Of a DNA stretch of 64,000 bases, positions 1 to 13,200 are shown in pieces. How positions within the stretch are numbered: the first letter of the stretch is position 1; each line of letters begins with the position of its first letter. The notes beneath the pieces are model-generated. The model ran no database searches. It saw nothing but the letters and a program-made list of their open reading frames with translations, and was not told where the DNA came from. Made by a program: the position numbers and the translations under genes. This DNA is from Octopus vulgaris (lineage: Eukaryota): positions 16,058,001 through 16,122,000 of the forward strand of contig OX597816.1 of NCBI GenBank assembly GCA_951406725.2, given 5' to 3'.

Positions 1-143
1 TCGGTTGGTGCTTTTTACGTGCCACCGGCATGGAGGCCAGTCGGGGCGGTGCTGGCAACGGCTACGTTCAGATGGTTCTCTTACGTGCCACCGGCACTGG
101 TATAACAGCTACAATTTCCATTGATGTTGATCGATTTCGATTT
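1..143 (-). mobile_element. RTE LINE 3' UTR fragment
   Basis: Matches the 3' UTR of the RTE copies at 907-2880 and 37790-38468 (GTGCCACCGGCACTGGT...AATTTCCATTGATG); cut by window edge. Confidence 0.7.
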
Positions 144-149
144 TGCACA

Positions 150-852
150 CTGAACACGGTTTACTTTCAACATCTTTGACAAAATTTCATATTTTAGAAG
201 TTATTTCATGTTAAAGTTGTCGTATTTGGGTAATTTTAACCAACTAATGATGTGTATTCAGCTCAAGAAAGTTACTTACGTTTGTTTACTGCCTGTGTTG
301 CATATTACATGTTTTTTTTCCTTTTGGTTCTCATGTTGGAATAACCAGTAAACATCAAACAATCAACACCAAGAAGGAAGAAATATTAGTGGCAGTGACA
401 AGTTCACTCACTGGCTGGTAGATGATAGTGTAGAAATGTCTGTCTGCCGGTAGAGAGGGAAAGAGTAAGGCATGCATGGTGCTGACTAGAAAGGAAGAAA
501 GCTTCTCTTCTGTGTCAGTTATGACCAAGGAGCAACACTTTCCCTTAGCGCTCTGCTTGACATACAAATAGAACAGAGTGGTGACATTTAGTAGAGATGA
601 CCCGGAAGTTGTTTCTCTTTGATTACAATAACAAACAGCAGTAGCTTTTCTTCAACTGAATACACATCACTGATTGGTTAAAATTACCCAAATACAACAA
701 CTTTCACGTGACTTCTAAAATACGAAATTTTGTCAAAAATGTTGAAAGTGAACCGTGTTCAGCATGAGAAATTACACCAGTATACGAAGTTTCAAACTAT
801 TTAGTTAAAATAAAAATAATTAAAAAATCTGTGAGCAAAACTGAACAGATCC
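150..852. mobile_element. MITE with long imperfect inverted repeats, left end truncated
   Basis: 150-285 (CTGAACACGGTTTACTTTCAACAT...) is the reverse complement of ~630-762 (...GTTGAAAGTGAACCGTGTTCAG); right side ends ...CTGAACAGATCC then TA. Superfamily not determined. Confidence 0.65.
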
Positions 853-886
853 TATATATACATACATACATATATATATATATATC

Positions 887-2878
887 ATCATCATCATCAT
901 CATCATTTAACGTCCGCTTTCCATGCTAGCATGGGTTGGACGGTTCAACTGGGGTCTGGGGAGCCCGAAGGCTGCACCAGGCCAGTCTGATCTGGCAGTG
1001 TTTCTACAGCTGGATGCCCTTCCTAACGCCAACCACTCTGTAGTGGGTGATTTTATGTGCCACCGACACAGGTGCCAGACGAGGCTGGCGAACGGCCACG
1101 CTCGGATGGTGTTTTTTATGTGCCACCGACACAGGTGCCAGACGAAGCTGGCAGACGGCCACGCTCGGATGGTGTTTTTATGTGCCACCGACACAGGTGC
1201 CAGATGAGGCTGGCGAACGGCCACGATCGGATGGTGTTTGTTACGTGCCCACAGCACGGAGGCCAGTTGATGCGGTACTGGCTACGGCCACGTTCGGATG
1301 GTTTTCTTGTGTGCCACCGGCACTGGTACCACAAAGATACAAATTCCATTGATGTTCATCTATTTTGATTTGTTTTGATTTGATTTGATTTGATTTGATT
1401 TTCACTTGCCTCAACAGGTCTTCACAAGTGTCACAAGAAGGGAGGTATGCACAGGTGGACTGACTACGTCCCAGGTAGGGGCCACAGGTTATGGCCTGAC
1501 TAGTCTTGCCGGGTCTTCGGATGGTGTTTTTATGTGCCACCGACACAGGTGCCAGATGAGGCTGGCGAACGGCCACGATCGGATGGTGTTTGTTACGTGC
1601 CCACAGCACGGAGGCCAGTTGATGCGGTACTGGCTACGGCCACGTTCGGATGGTTTTCTTGTGTGCCACCGGCACTGGTACCACAAAGATACAAATTCCA
1701 TTGATGTTCATCTATTTTGATTTGTTTTGATTTTGATTTTCACTTGCCTCAACAGGTCTTCACAAGTGTCACAAGAAGGAAGGTATGCACAGGTGGACTG
1801 ACTACGCCCCAGGTAGGGGCCACAGGTTATGGCCTGACTAGTCTTGCCGGGTCTTCGGATGGTGTTTTTATGTGCCACCGACACAGGTGCCAGATGAGGC
1901 TGGCGAACGGCCACGATCGGATGGTGTTTGTTACGTGCCCACAGCACGGAGGCCAGTTGATGCGGTACTGGCTACGGCCACGTTCGGATGGTTTTCTTGT
2001 GTGCCACCGGCACTGGTACCACAAAGATACAAATTCCATTGATGTTCATCGATTTTGATTTTGATTTGTTTTGATTTTGATTTTGATTTTCACTTGCCTC
2101 AGTGGGTCTTCACAAGTGTCACAAGAAGGAAGGTATGCACAGGTGGACTGACTACGTCCCAGGTAGGGGCCACGGGTTATGGCCTGACTAGTCTTGCCGG
2201 GTCTTCTCACGCACAGCATACTTCCATAGGTCTCGGTCTCTAGTTATTTCCTTGGTGAGACCTAAAGTTCGAAGGTCGTGCTTCACCACCTCGTCCCATG
2301 TTTTCCTGGGTCTACCTCTTCCACAGGTTCCCTCAACTGCTAGGGTGTAGCACTTTTGCATACAACTATCTTCAGCCATTCTCGTCACATGACCATACCA
2401 GCGCAGCCGTCTCTCTTGCACACCACAACTGACGCTTCTTAGGTTCAACTTTTCTCTCAAGGTACTTACACTCTGACGATTATGAACACTGACATTACAC
2501 ATCCATCGGAGCATACTGGCTTCATTTCTTGCGAGCTTACGCATATCCTCAGCAGTCACGGCCCATGTTTCACTACCATGTAGCATGGCTGTACGTACAC
2601 ATGCAACATACAGTCTGCCTTTTACTCCGAGCAAGAGGCCTTTTGTAACCAGCAGGGGTAAGAGCTCTCTAAACTTTGCCCAGGCTATTCTTACTCTAGC
2701 AGTTACACTTTCAGCACACCCACTCCCGCTACTGACTTGGTCTCCTAGGTAGCGGAAGCTATCAACTACTTCTAGTTTTTCTCCCTGGAACGTGGTAGAA
2801 GTTGGTCTCTGCACATTTCCAGTGTTTATTGCTCCTGAGCATCTGCCACAGACAAAAACTATTTTCCTAGTTAGCCTT

Positions 2879-2880
<2 letters not shown>
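887..2880 (-). mobile_element. 5'-truncated RTE-clade LINE with tandemly amplified 3' UTR
   Basis: ORF 2188-2814 (LEVVDSFRYLG, HGSETW, RRLRWYGHV, RGRPRKTW) is an RTE ORF C-terminus; tail GGACGTTAAA(TGA)n; three ~340-350 bp copies of the stop/3' UTR segment. Confidence 0.9.
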
Positions 2881-2924
<44 letters not shown>

Positions 2925-3095
2925 GTCAATAAATATATATATGTGTGTGTATATATATATATATATTTTCATTTAGAGATAGTAGGCCCCTTCATCTCAC
3001 CATATACAAGAATTTTAATTTAAATACTTACTACTTTATAACTTGGCTACATGTGTTTCTTGAGGTAATGTTCCCATGATGCATCTCTGTACTTT

Positions 3096-3480
3096 CAGGA
3101 GTGGCTGTGTGGTAAGTAGCTTGCTAACCAACCACATGGTTCCGGGTTCAGTCACACTGCTTGTCATCTTGAGCAAGTATCTTCTGCTATAGCCTCGGGC
3201 CGACCAAAGCCTTGTAAGTGGATTTGGTAGACGGAAACTGAAAGAAGCCTGTCGTATATATGTTTGTGTGTCTGTGTTTGTCCCTCTAGCATTGCTTGAC
3301 AACCGATGCTGGTGTGTTTACATTCCCCCGTCACTTAGCGGTTCGGCAAAAGAGACTGATAGAATAAGTACTGGGCTTACAAAGAATAAGTCCCGGGGTC
3401 GATTTGCTTGACTAAAGGCAGTGCTCCAGGATGGCTGCAGTCAAATGACTGAAACAAGTAAAAGAGTAAAAGAGTAAAAG
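3096..3480 (+). mobile_element. tRNA-derived SINE family A
   Basis: A box TGGCTGTGTGG, B-box-like GGTTCAGTC, internal TA/TG microsatellite, (GTAAAAGA)n tail; more than 12 copies in the window. Confidence 0.9.
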
Positions 3481-3504
3481 ATATATATATATATAATATA
3501 TATT

Positions 3505-3918
3505 TATACGAAAGAAGGTTTGAAAATGCAATTTAAAAGATGTTTATTTACTTAACCGGTTTCACTCTTTGGAAAAAGATTGTCAAAAGTAACATATGGA
3601 AGTTTGGTTGTGTTAATTATTGGTTGTTGCAAATTGCTACATTACATGTATATATACAGTCTTTGGTAACAGGGACTTGTTAAGGACATAAAAAAGTACA
3701 ACAGTATGATGAGAATATAAAGAGGTTTAACAAGCTCATTGAAAAAATGGGCAGAAAAGATTAAAACAAATATATTATACATCTTTCCAGGAGGAATTAT
3801 CAAAAAAAGTTCAGTACAGAATATTATGAATTCAAAAAAATTTACATTAAGATTTACATTAATGTAGTGGCGAGGTTGTTTACTGACCAGTCCGTTTTAG
3901 CAGAAATGTGGAATTTAT
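3505..3918 (-). mobile_element. Decayed PLE-like terminal fragment with degenerate hammerhead (3549-3591)
   Basis: Bounded by (TA)n on both sides; minus strand reads TACTT-TTGACAA-TCTTT..AAAGA-GT-GAAACCGGT-T-AAGTA. Confidence 0.4.
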
Positions 3919-4525
3919 ATATATATATATATAATGGTGTCTCACAACCAGTGTAAAGTATATAATTTGGTTCATTTATCTATTTTTATATTTTATTTTG
4001 TTTTATTCTTGATTCTTTTTGAGTCACCTTATTTCTTATGTGAGAAGTATCCTACATTATAATCCAGTTCCTCTTGTAGATGAGTTGTGAATTACAACAA
4101 CCAAAATGTATTTTAATGGGAATGAAGGAAACAGACTAAAACGTGAGGTACCTTTTTGACACAGTGTATATATGTAAATATATGTGTGTGTGTGTCCACT
4201 GTTGCATATAGATGTGTGCTATGGGTTTGTGTCTGCTTACTGAAGTGGAAAAATCTAGGAAAATCTCTTTACAAAAAATGTAGAAACATTTTTTAAAAAT
4301 CTCATAAATAAAACATATTTTGTGTTGTTTGTTTATTTCTTGTTGCTCTCAAAGTTGTTGTATTGTTGTTATTGATATCATTACCATGGCTACAGCTGGA
4401 CAACTTTTGTTGCTTATTTTGTTACTTGTTGTTGTTGTTGTTTTTGTTGGTAAAGTAGTAAATCATGTTTTTATTTGCTTTTTCTCACGTCTTTGTTGCA
4501 CAGACCTACCACACCCATTTCTATC

Positions 4526-5087
4526 CTTTTATTCTTTTACTTGTTTGTCATTTGACTGACGCCATGCTGGAGCACCACCTTTAGTTGGGCAAATTGACGC
4601 CAGGACTTCTTTTTTTGTAAGCCTAGTGCTTATTCTATCGGTTTCATTTGCCAAACTGCTAAGTTATGGGGATGTAAACACACCAACATTGGTTGGCAAA
4701 CGATGTTGTGGGGACAAACACACACACACACACACACACATATATGACGGGCTTCTTTCAGTTTCCATCTACCAAACTCCACTCACAAGGCTTTGGTTGG
4801 TCCGAGGCTATAGTAGAAGACACTTACCCAAGGTGCCACGCAGTGGGACTGAACCCGGAACCATGTGGTTGGTAAGCAAGCTACTTAACACACAGCCACT
4901 CCTATGCCTATTACTTTTACTTTTACTTGTTTCAGTCATTTGATTGCGGCCATGCTGGAGCACTGCCTTTAGTCGAGTAAATCGACCCTAGGATTTACTC
5001 TTTGGAAGCCTAGTACTTATTCTATCGGTCTCTTTTGCCAAACCACTAAGTTACGGGGATGTAAACACACCAGCATCAGTTGTCAAT
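4526..5087 (-). mobile_element. SINE family A, one full copy (4526-4908) plus a 3' half copy
   Basis: Reverse complement of the 3096-3480 sequence. Confidence 0.85.
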
Positions 5088-5480
5088 GCTTAGTGTTATT
5101 TCGTCTGTCTTTACATTCTGAGTTCAAATTCCACTGAGGGTGACTTTGCCTTTCATCCTTTCGATAAATTAAGTACCAGTTGCATACTGGGGTTGATCTA
5201 ATAAACCTCTCTCCCTCCCCCAAAATTTCGGGCCTTGTGCCTAGAGTAGAAGAGAATACTTAGGTGGTGAGCTAGCAGAAATGTAAGCACACCAGGTGAA
5301 ATACTTAGTGGTATTTCATCTGTCTTTACATTCTGAGTTCAAATTCCGCTGAGGTTGACTTTGCCTTTCATCCTTTTGCGGTCAATAAATTAAGTACCAG
5401 TTCCGTACTAGTATTGATCTAATTGAGTGGCCCCCTCCCCACAAAATTCCGGGCTTTGTGCCTAGAGTAGAAAAGAATAG
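5088..5480 (+). mobile_element. SINE family C, two tandem copies
   Basis: B box GAGTTCAAATTCC followed by GACTTTGCCTTTCATCCTTT..GATAAATTAAGTACCAG, reminiscent of a Meta/MESC-type SINE core (tentative). Confidence 0.8.
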
Positions 5481-6079
5481 AATGAGTTAGAAACTGGCTG
5501 GTCTTCCATGCAAAAACAAAAAACATGCATTGGTCTCCATCGCAGGAGGAACTGCTCAAGAGCAGATCAATAACTGCAAAAAACAGATGCCTAAATTTAA
5601 AAAAAAGTTTTGACCTCGTGACCTAATTTTATAGTGACCTGATGTACATATGACCCTATATTTTGGGATGGGAGTATTATATTAACAATAGAAAATTTAA
5701 AAGATAACCACAGTAATCTTTGTGTCGTAGCCAATACAAATACATTGTGGAAAGCCAAATTAATGGCAGTGTTCATTCAGAGATAATATCTCTTGTATTG
5801 TGTTAGATAATGCAAAATTTTATCTGTAGTAGATAAAAATTTCTAACAGTGGTGGGAATGCTAGTTATGCATTTCTGCATTTTTAGGCTTCGTCAGTAGT
5901 ATGTAGTCACATCTTTTATCTTTTACTTGTTTAAGTCACAAGACTGTGGTCATGCTGGGGCACTGCTTTGACAAATTTTTAGTAAAATGAATCAAGCCAT
6001 TACTTTTTACTTAAAAATTTTTTTTTTTAAGCCTGGTACTTATTCCATCAGTTTCTTTTACCAACCTGCTAAGTTACGG

Positions 6080-7345
6080 AGATCAGCACTTCTTTATGCA
6101 GCTGTCCTCCACACACATCACATAACCATATCAACACAGTCATCTCTCTTGCACACCACATCTGATGCCTCTTATGCCCAATTTTTTCCCCTCAAGACAC
6201 TTACACTCAGTCATACATGCACATTGACATTGCACATCCAGCAAAGCATGCTAGCTTCACTTCTTTCAAGTCTTCGCATATCCTCTGCAGTCACAGCCTA
6301 TGTTTCTTTGCTGTATAGTATGGCTGTTCTCACACAGGCATCATACAATTTACCTTTCACTCTGAGGGAGAGGCCCTTTGTTACCAACAAAAACAGAAGT
6401 TCTCTGAATTTAGCCCAGCTTATTCTTATTCTGGCAGCTATGCACTCTGAACATCCACCTCCACTGCTGACTTGGTCACCTAGTTAACAGAAGTTATCAA
6501 CTACTTCTATGTATCCCCCATGGTATTTGATAGTCTATTTTCTGTACATTTCTGGTGTTTATTGTACTCATACACTTACCACACACAAAGACTATTTTCC
6601 TTGTTAACCTTCCTCTGATATTGTTGCACCTCTTATGTGTCCATAGCTTGCACTGGGTACATCTTACAGAGTTTCCACCTACACTTTTTCTACATATCAA
6701 GCAGGTCCATCCATCAGAAGGCATTCATGATTTGTCTGCTTTCTTACTTACTAAAACTTTGGTTTTTACTAAATTAACTCTAAAGCCCTTTGATTCTAGA
6801 CCTTGCTTCCACACCTGAAATTTTCTCTCAATTTCTGGTAGTGATTCAGCTATAAGAATAAGGTCATCAGCATAGAGAAGCTCCCAGGGGCAGCCTGAAT
6901 TTCTCTGTTATTGCTTGGAAGACTATGATGAGCAAGAGGGGCTGAGGACCAATCCCTGGCAAACTCCTTGTATACTGAATACATTGCTATAATCATTGCC
7001 AACCCTCAGCTTACTGACAGCATCCCTGTACATGCTTTTACACTCTCACTAACCACATATCTATCACTAGCTTCCACATGAACCACCACATAAGGGAGTG
7101 AGGGACCCTGTTGAAGGCTTTCTCATTGTCAACAAAAGCCAGGTACAAAGGTTTATTTTTGGCTAGGTACTTCTCTTTCAGCTGCCTTACCAAGAAGCTA
7201 GCATCATTGGTGTTTCACCCTGGTACAAAACCAAACTGCACCCCATCTAGCCAAATTCTCTTCGTAATTAGATGGGCTATGATCCTCTCTGTAACATTCA
7301 TCACCTGATCCAACAATTTGATCTCTCTGTAATTATTTCTATCTT
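6080..7345 (-). pseudogene. Degraded RTE LINE RT region
   Basis: Homologous to 15714-16760 (LLYADDL, PHD-like CLICRK...CTQCKLWTHKRC...CGKC) with stops and frameshifts. Confidence 0.85.
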
Positions 7346-7547
7346 ACCTTTGTAAGATAGAAGGCTTTGGTCGGCCCGAGGCTATAGTAGAAGACACTTG
7401 CCCAAGGTGCCACACAGTGGGACTGAACCTGGAACCATGTGGTTGGTAATCAAGCTACTTACCACAAAGCCACTCCTGTGCCTATACTTACAACACAGCC
7501 ACTCCAGCGGGGCCAATTCTTCATTCTTGATATCATTTGTGTTCATA

Positions 7548-7765
7548 AGGCAGTGAGCTGACAGAATTGTTACCATGCTGAACAAAATACTTAGTGGTAT
7601 TTCATCCATCTTTGCATTCAGAGTTCAAACTCTGCCGAGGCCAACTTTGCCTTTCAGCATTTTGGGGTCAATAAAGTAAGTGCCAGCTGAGTACTAGGGT
7701 ATATTTAATCAACTTACCCACCTACACTGAACTTGCTGGCCTTGTGCCAAAATTCGAAGCCAATA
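7548..7765 (+). mobile_element. SINE family C (diverged)
   Basis: GAGCTGACAGAATTGTTA head, GAGTTCAAACTCTGCCGAGG, CTTTGCCTTTCA core. Confidence 0.7.
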
Positions 7766-7827
7766 TCTTTTATATTTTGCTTTTAAGTCATTCTGCTGTC
7801 AATGAAATATTCACCATTTAAACAATG

Positions 7828-8233
7828 GCACAGGAGTGGCTGTATGGTAAGTAGCTTGCTTACCAACCACATGGTTCTGGGTTCAGTCCCACTGCGTGGC
7901 ACCTTGGGCAAGTGTCTTCTACTATAGCCTCGGGCCGACCAAAGCCTTGTGAGTGGATTTGGTTGATGGAAACTGGAAGAAGCCCACCGTATATATGTAT
8001 ATGTGTGTGTATATGTTGTGTATCTGTGTTTGTGACCCTAACATCGCTTGACAACCTATACTGGTGTGTTTACATCCCTGTAACTCAGCGATTATTCTTT
8101 GTAAGCCGAGTACTTATTCTATCGGTCTCTTTTGCCGAACCGCTAAGTTACGGGGACATAAACACACCAGCATCGGTTGTCAAGCGATTTGGTGGGGTGG
8201 GGGTGGGGGGCAAACACAGACACACAAACATAT

Positions 8234-8286
<53 letters not shown>

Positions 8287-8445
8287 TATGACGGGCTTCT
8301 TTCAGTTTTTGTCTATTAAATCCACTCACAAGGCATTGGTTGGCCCGAGTCTATAGTAGAAGACACTTGCCCAAGGTGCCACTCAGTGGGATTGAACCCG
8401 GAACCATGTGGTTCATAAGCAAGCTACTTACCACACAGCCACTCT
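7828..8445. mobile_element. Two 3'-truncated SINE A copies fused tail-to-tail
   Basis: Plus copy 7828-8090 directly abuts minus copy 8091-8445. Confidence 0.85.
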
Positions 8446-8594
8446 GACTTGGTAAAAAGCATAAACATTTGTAAACATACAGGGTGACAATACTAATCAG
8501 TGATGTGTATGAATACAAACTTGTTACCAGTTCAAATATGCTTGTGGCATATTTGTATTTAGCTATATTTGCTAAACTTGTATTTAGCTATATT

Positions 8595-8948
8595 TGGGAG
8601 TGAGACATAGGTTCTGAAATCAGAAGACATGCATAGACCGGAGAGAAATGAAGGTAGTGCGGTTCACTGGATGTGCAACATCAGTGCACATGTACGACAA
8701 AGTGCAAATGTATTGAAAGAAAAGTTGGGCATAAGAGGAACCAAATGTAGCATGCAAGAGAGAAGACTATGTCAGTTTGGACATGTGATGTGTATGAATG
8801 AAGACAGCTGTGGAAGAGGGAGGCCCAAGATGACGTGGGATGAAGCGGTAAGGACTGATATCAGGATGTTGGGCCTCATGGAGGAAATGACAATGGACAG
8901 AGATGTATGGCGATATGAAGTTCTTGAGAAGACCCATCCTCGTCAGTG
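8595..8948 (+). pseudogene. RTE ORF C-terminal relic
   Basis: ORF 8629-8949 WMCN...ERRL..FGHV...GRGRPKMTW. Confidence 0.8.
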
Positions 8949-9744
8949 AAATTGAGTTCCAGAAGTGCTGTGTGTTCCACCCACACTTAAGAAAATTTCT
9001 CACACACTACCACAACAAACCAAACCACATATCTACATCTCTTCCTCACATTTCCACTTCATGCATTGGGCTTACCTCCCATTCCCCAATCCTGTCCTCT
9101 TGGCCAAATGCCACTGTCATTGCTCTCTGCTAGCTTCCAACCATGCCCTGTCCTACTGTATCATTGTGTATGCTCAGCACGTTGCCACCATCTCTATTCT
9201 GCTTTCTCCCACTCTCTCTCGCTCCTTCTCTTGCCCTTCCTTCAGGCTGGGTAACCATGTATTGCCTTTGGGGTAGCACACCTGTTTCTGTCTTCATTCC
9301 TGATCTCTCTCTCTCTCTCCCTGTCTCACTATAACCTTTCATCATTGACACAAGACCACCTCCTCCAATTCGCCCTCCCCTCTCAAAGGAGTCTTTTTCT
9401 TTCTTTCTTTGTCTTGTAAGTACTTGGTGATCCTGTCAGTGCAGGTGCCACTTAAAAGCACCCAGTCCTCAATGTAAAGTGGTTGGTTTTCGGAAGGGCA
9501 TCCAACTGTAAAATCCTTGCCAAATCTGACCTTGTATGTGCTTGTGTCACGTAACAAGCACTAAGTCCACTGTGCTGAATGGTTGGTGTTAGGAAGGGCA
9601 TCCAGCTGTAAAAGTCCTGCCAAAACAGTTACAGATTTCTGCCAGGTTGGCTCTTATCAAACCATCCCGCTCATGCCAGCATAGAAGGCAAATGATGATG
9701 ATGATGATGAATATACACACAGAAAGAAGAAAAAGGCTATGTAA

Positions 9745-10560
9745 ATGTGAGATATGGGTTCACATATGTCATATGAATATTGAAACATGGACATTGATGA
9801 AACCGCTGTCTGACAAACTAGAAGCTTTTGAAATGTGGACATAAAGATTAATGTTAAGACTATCTTGGATGAAACAGGAAATGAAAGAAAATGTGCTACA
9901 ACTAGCAAACACAAAAAGATTGTTAATCTCAACAATTAAAGAGAAGGAAGCTGAAGTTCTTTGGTCACTTAGTAACAATACAAGGTATATAGGAGTGACT
10001 TTGTCAATTCCTAGGGAGAGCTGTTTGTCAGCCTCGTCTGGACCCTGTGCCGGTGGCACATAAAAAGCACCCACTACACTCACGGTGTGGTTGGCATTAG
10101 GAAGGGCATCCAGCTGTAGAAACACTGCCAGATCAGACTGGAGTCTGGTGCAGCCTCCTGACTTCCCAGACCCCAGTCGAACCGTCCAACCCATGCTAGC
10201 ATGGAAAACGGACGTTAAACGATGATGATGATCTGAAGAAATATCATATCAGACTATGGATGATTAAATAACGATGGTTATTATAGTCCAATGTTTGTAT
10301 TATAGTGCTTTGTTGTGTCATTCAAAACATTTTATTCTTCACAAAGAATAATACACAATGCTTCAAGCAAACTACAATAACTCTCCTAACTGTAACTAAA
10401 AGCCAAGATCAATTGTAAATGCTTGAGTGGAAGACTTAATTACAAACTGAATTAGTAACATTAAGGAGTGGAATAAATCATCATATGGGGAGTGTTGAAG
10501 AATGGCAGAGGAAAGACTGGGATGGAGATCCTTGATATTCAATCTGCTGAGAGCAGATGA
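9745..10560 (+). pseudogene. Older RTE relic interrupted by a young RTE 3' tail (10030-10232)
   Basis: IETWTL...KLEAFEMWT, MLRLSW motifs. Confidence 0.6.
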
Positions 10561-10627
10561 CTACTGATGATGATAATGATGATGATGAAGATGATGATGA
10601 TGATGATGTGTGTGTGTATAAATATAT

Positions 10628-10860
10628 ATTTCTTTACTACTCACAAGGGGCTAAACATAGAGGGGACAAACAAAGACAGACAAAGGGATTAAGTCGATTA
10701 CATTGACCCCAGTGCGAAACTGGTACTTAATTTATCGACCCCGAAAGGATGAAAGGCAAAGTCGACCACGGCGGAATTTGAACTCAGAATGTAACGACAG
10801 ACGAAATACTGCTACGCATTTCGCCCGGCGTGCTAACGTTTCTGCCAGCTCGCCGCCCTT
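10628..10860 (-). mobile_element. SINE family C, full length
   Basis: Minus strand starts GGCGGCGAGCTGGCAGAAACGTTAGCACGCC, ends GTAGTAAAGAAATA. Confidence 0.9.
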
Positions 10861-11524
10861 TTGTATAAATATATGGTACCATGTGATACCATGGATTTTA
10901 CTTACCTATTTTATTTTAAACCAACACCCAAATTCTCCTGTATCTCATTTATGACATTATTGTATGAATATCCTGGATGTGCCATCTCTCTATATTAAAT
11001 TACTATGACCTTCCACTCTGAGGATTGTGGGTTTTCTCCTAAATATATATATATATATATATATATTGTTCTCTCTTCCGTCGAAATATATCATAAATGA
11101 CTTGAGGCCTTGTAACTGCCTGTTCTTATTTAATTTATTATACCTACATATAGATATTTATATAGAAAGCACATACACACACATCTGCATTTACATGGGA
11201 ATACTAATTACGATGATGATGAAGCTAAATTTCCTGTTGGTAACAGGACCTTGGGATTATTTATAACAATGGAGCGGATTTCCTCAATAGTATCTCATTA
11301 TATTGTTGTAGCACCACTTCTGGTGTAAGAAATGTTTTAATAAAATGTAACGTTATAAAAAGAGACGTATCTAATTGTTGCATATTTTATCATCTGATAT
11401 TATACTAGCTAATTACTTTAGCCTTGCTCATTGTACCCTCAACATATGAATAAACTAATTGTGTGGAACTGAGAGAGAGAGAGAAGGAGAGAGAGGGAGG
11501 GAGGGATGAAAGGAGGGAAAGAGT

Positions 11525-11564
<40 letters not shown>

Positions 11565-11634
11565 ATGTTCTGTAATGGTTTTGGGGTTGGAAATTCATTA
11601 TCCTGTATTAGAATGAGACGATTAGAATGAGGCT

Positions 11635-12045
11635 CAGGAGTGGCTGTGTGGTAAGTAGCTTGTTTATCAACCACATGGTTCCGGGTTCAGTCCCACTGCG
11701 TGGCACCTTGGGCAAGTGTCTTCTACTATAGCCACGGGCCAACCAAAGCCTTGTGAGTGGATTTGGTAGACAGAAACTGAAAGAAGCCCATCGTATATAT
11801 GTATATATGTGTGTATGTGTGTGTGTTTGTGTGTCTGTGTTTGTCCCCCTAGCATTGCTTGACAACCGATGCTGGTGTGTTTATGTCCCCGTTACTTAGC
11901 GGTTCGGCAAAAGAGACCGATAGAATAAGTACTGGGCTTACAAAAAGAATAAGTCCCGGGGTCGAGTTGCTCAATTAAAGGCGGTGCTCCAGCATGGCCA
12001 CAGTCAAATGACTGAAACAAGTAAAAGCGTAAAAGAGTAAAAGAG
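11635..12045 (+). mobile_element. SINE family A
   Basis: Full-length match to family A. Confidence 0.9.
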
Positions 12046-12297
12046 ATTGGGCATAGCTGTTTGGATGTGGACAACATGGCATGACTGACTGGACATTCAA
12101 GCTTTTTGGTACTGGAGACACAAACACACACACACACTAACATACATACACACCATACACACACACAAGCAAATAGAAAAGCACACATACACATAGAAAG
12201 AGTGAGACAGAGAGAAGCGAAGAGAGAGAGAGAGAGAGAGGCATTACAATTTATTAATTGAACACTTTGATATAAACATTTTCCCTATCTCCATACA

Positions 12298-12336
<39 letters not shown>

Positions 12337-12837
12337 TGTTTAACGTCTGCTTTCCATGCTAGCATGGGTTGGATGATTTGACTGAGGTCTGGCTAACCGG
12401 ATGGCTGCACCAGGCTCCAATCTTGATCTGGCAGTGTTTCTACAGCTGGATGCCCTTCCTAACGCCAACCACTCCGAGAATGTCGTAGGTGCTTTTACGT
12501 GCCACTGGCACAAGGGCCAGTCAGGTGGCACTGGCACCGACTATACTTGAATGGTGCATGCTACCGGCATGGGACCAGTCAGGGAACAGATTGAATAAAT
12601 ATCTATATCTATATATATATACATACACTTCATCTTACATTGCTCTGTGATCACTTCGACACTTGGCACGTGGTACACTGTGCACTTATTCAGACAACAT
12701 TGATTTGATGGAGGGAATGAGCTAATGCCCCACACATACATTTGATCCCTATATACAAATCATTCAGATCGTTCATTGAAAGCTGAATATTCATACCGCA
12801 TCTTCAACGGGAGAGTCCATCATATATATATATATAT

Positions 12838-13200
12838 AGGGAGAGTTTACGAAAAAAACAAAAGACGAAGACAGGTGGTGTACAAAACAAACAGATGTAT
12901 TAGTATAACGCTCAGGAACAGAAAAAGTCTTTTACGTTTCGAGCCTATGCTCTTGTACAGAAAGGGACAGAAAAAAACAAGGAGAGAAACAAGTAGAGAA
13001 AAAAATTGTGTGTAGTGGCTAACGATCTATCATGGCGACTGACTGCTGGACAGAAGGGTCACACAAGAGAGCGAAGAAGTAGGGGAGATAACAAAGTAAA
13101 GATGACCCCCAACACGAAGGTGCGTGTGTGTATAAGAGAGTATGTATCTGCGTGTGAAAGAGGGCTGGTGGTCGGACGTGTGCATGTATGTATGTGTCGG
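12838..13200 (-). mobile_element. PLE pseudo-LTR (3' end) fragment
   Basis: Homologous to 58980-59447 upstream of the PLE ORF; abuts (TA)n; mutated HHR-like motif near 12928-12965. Confidence 0.75.

Noticed and set aside
1050-1230. CRISPR-like short repeats
   Set aside because: Contiguous tandem copies without unique spacers, inside a LINE UTR in eukaryotic DNA.
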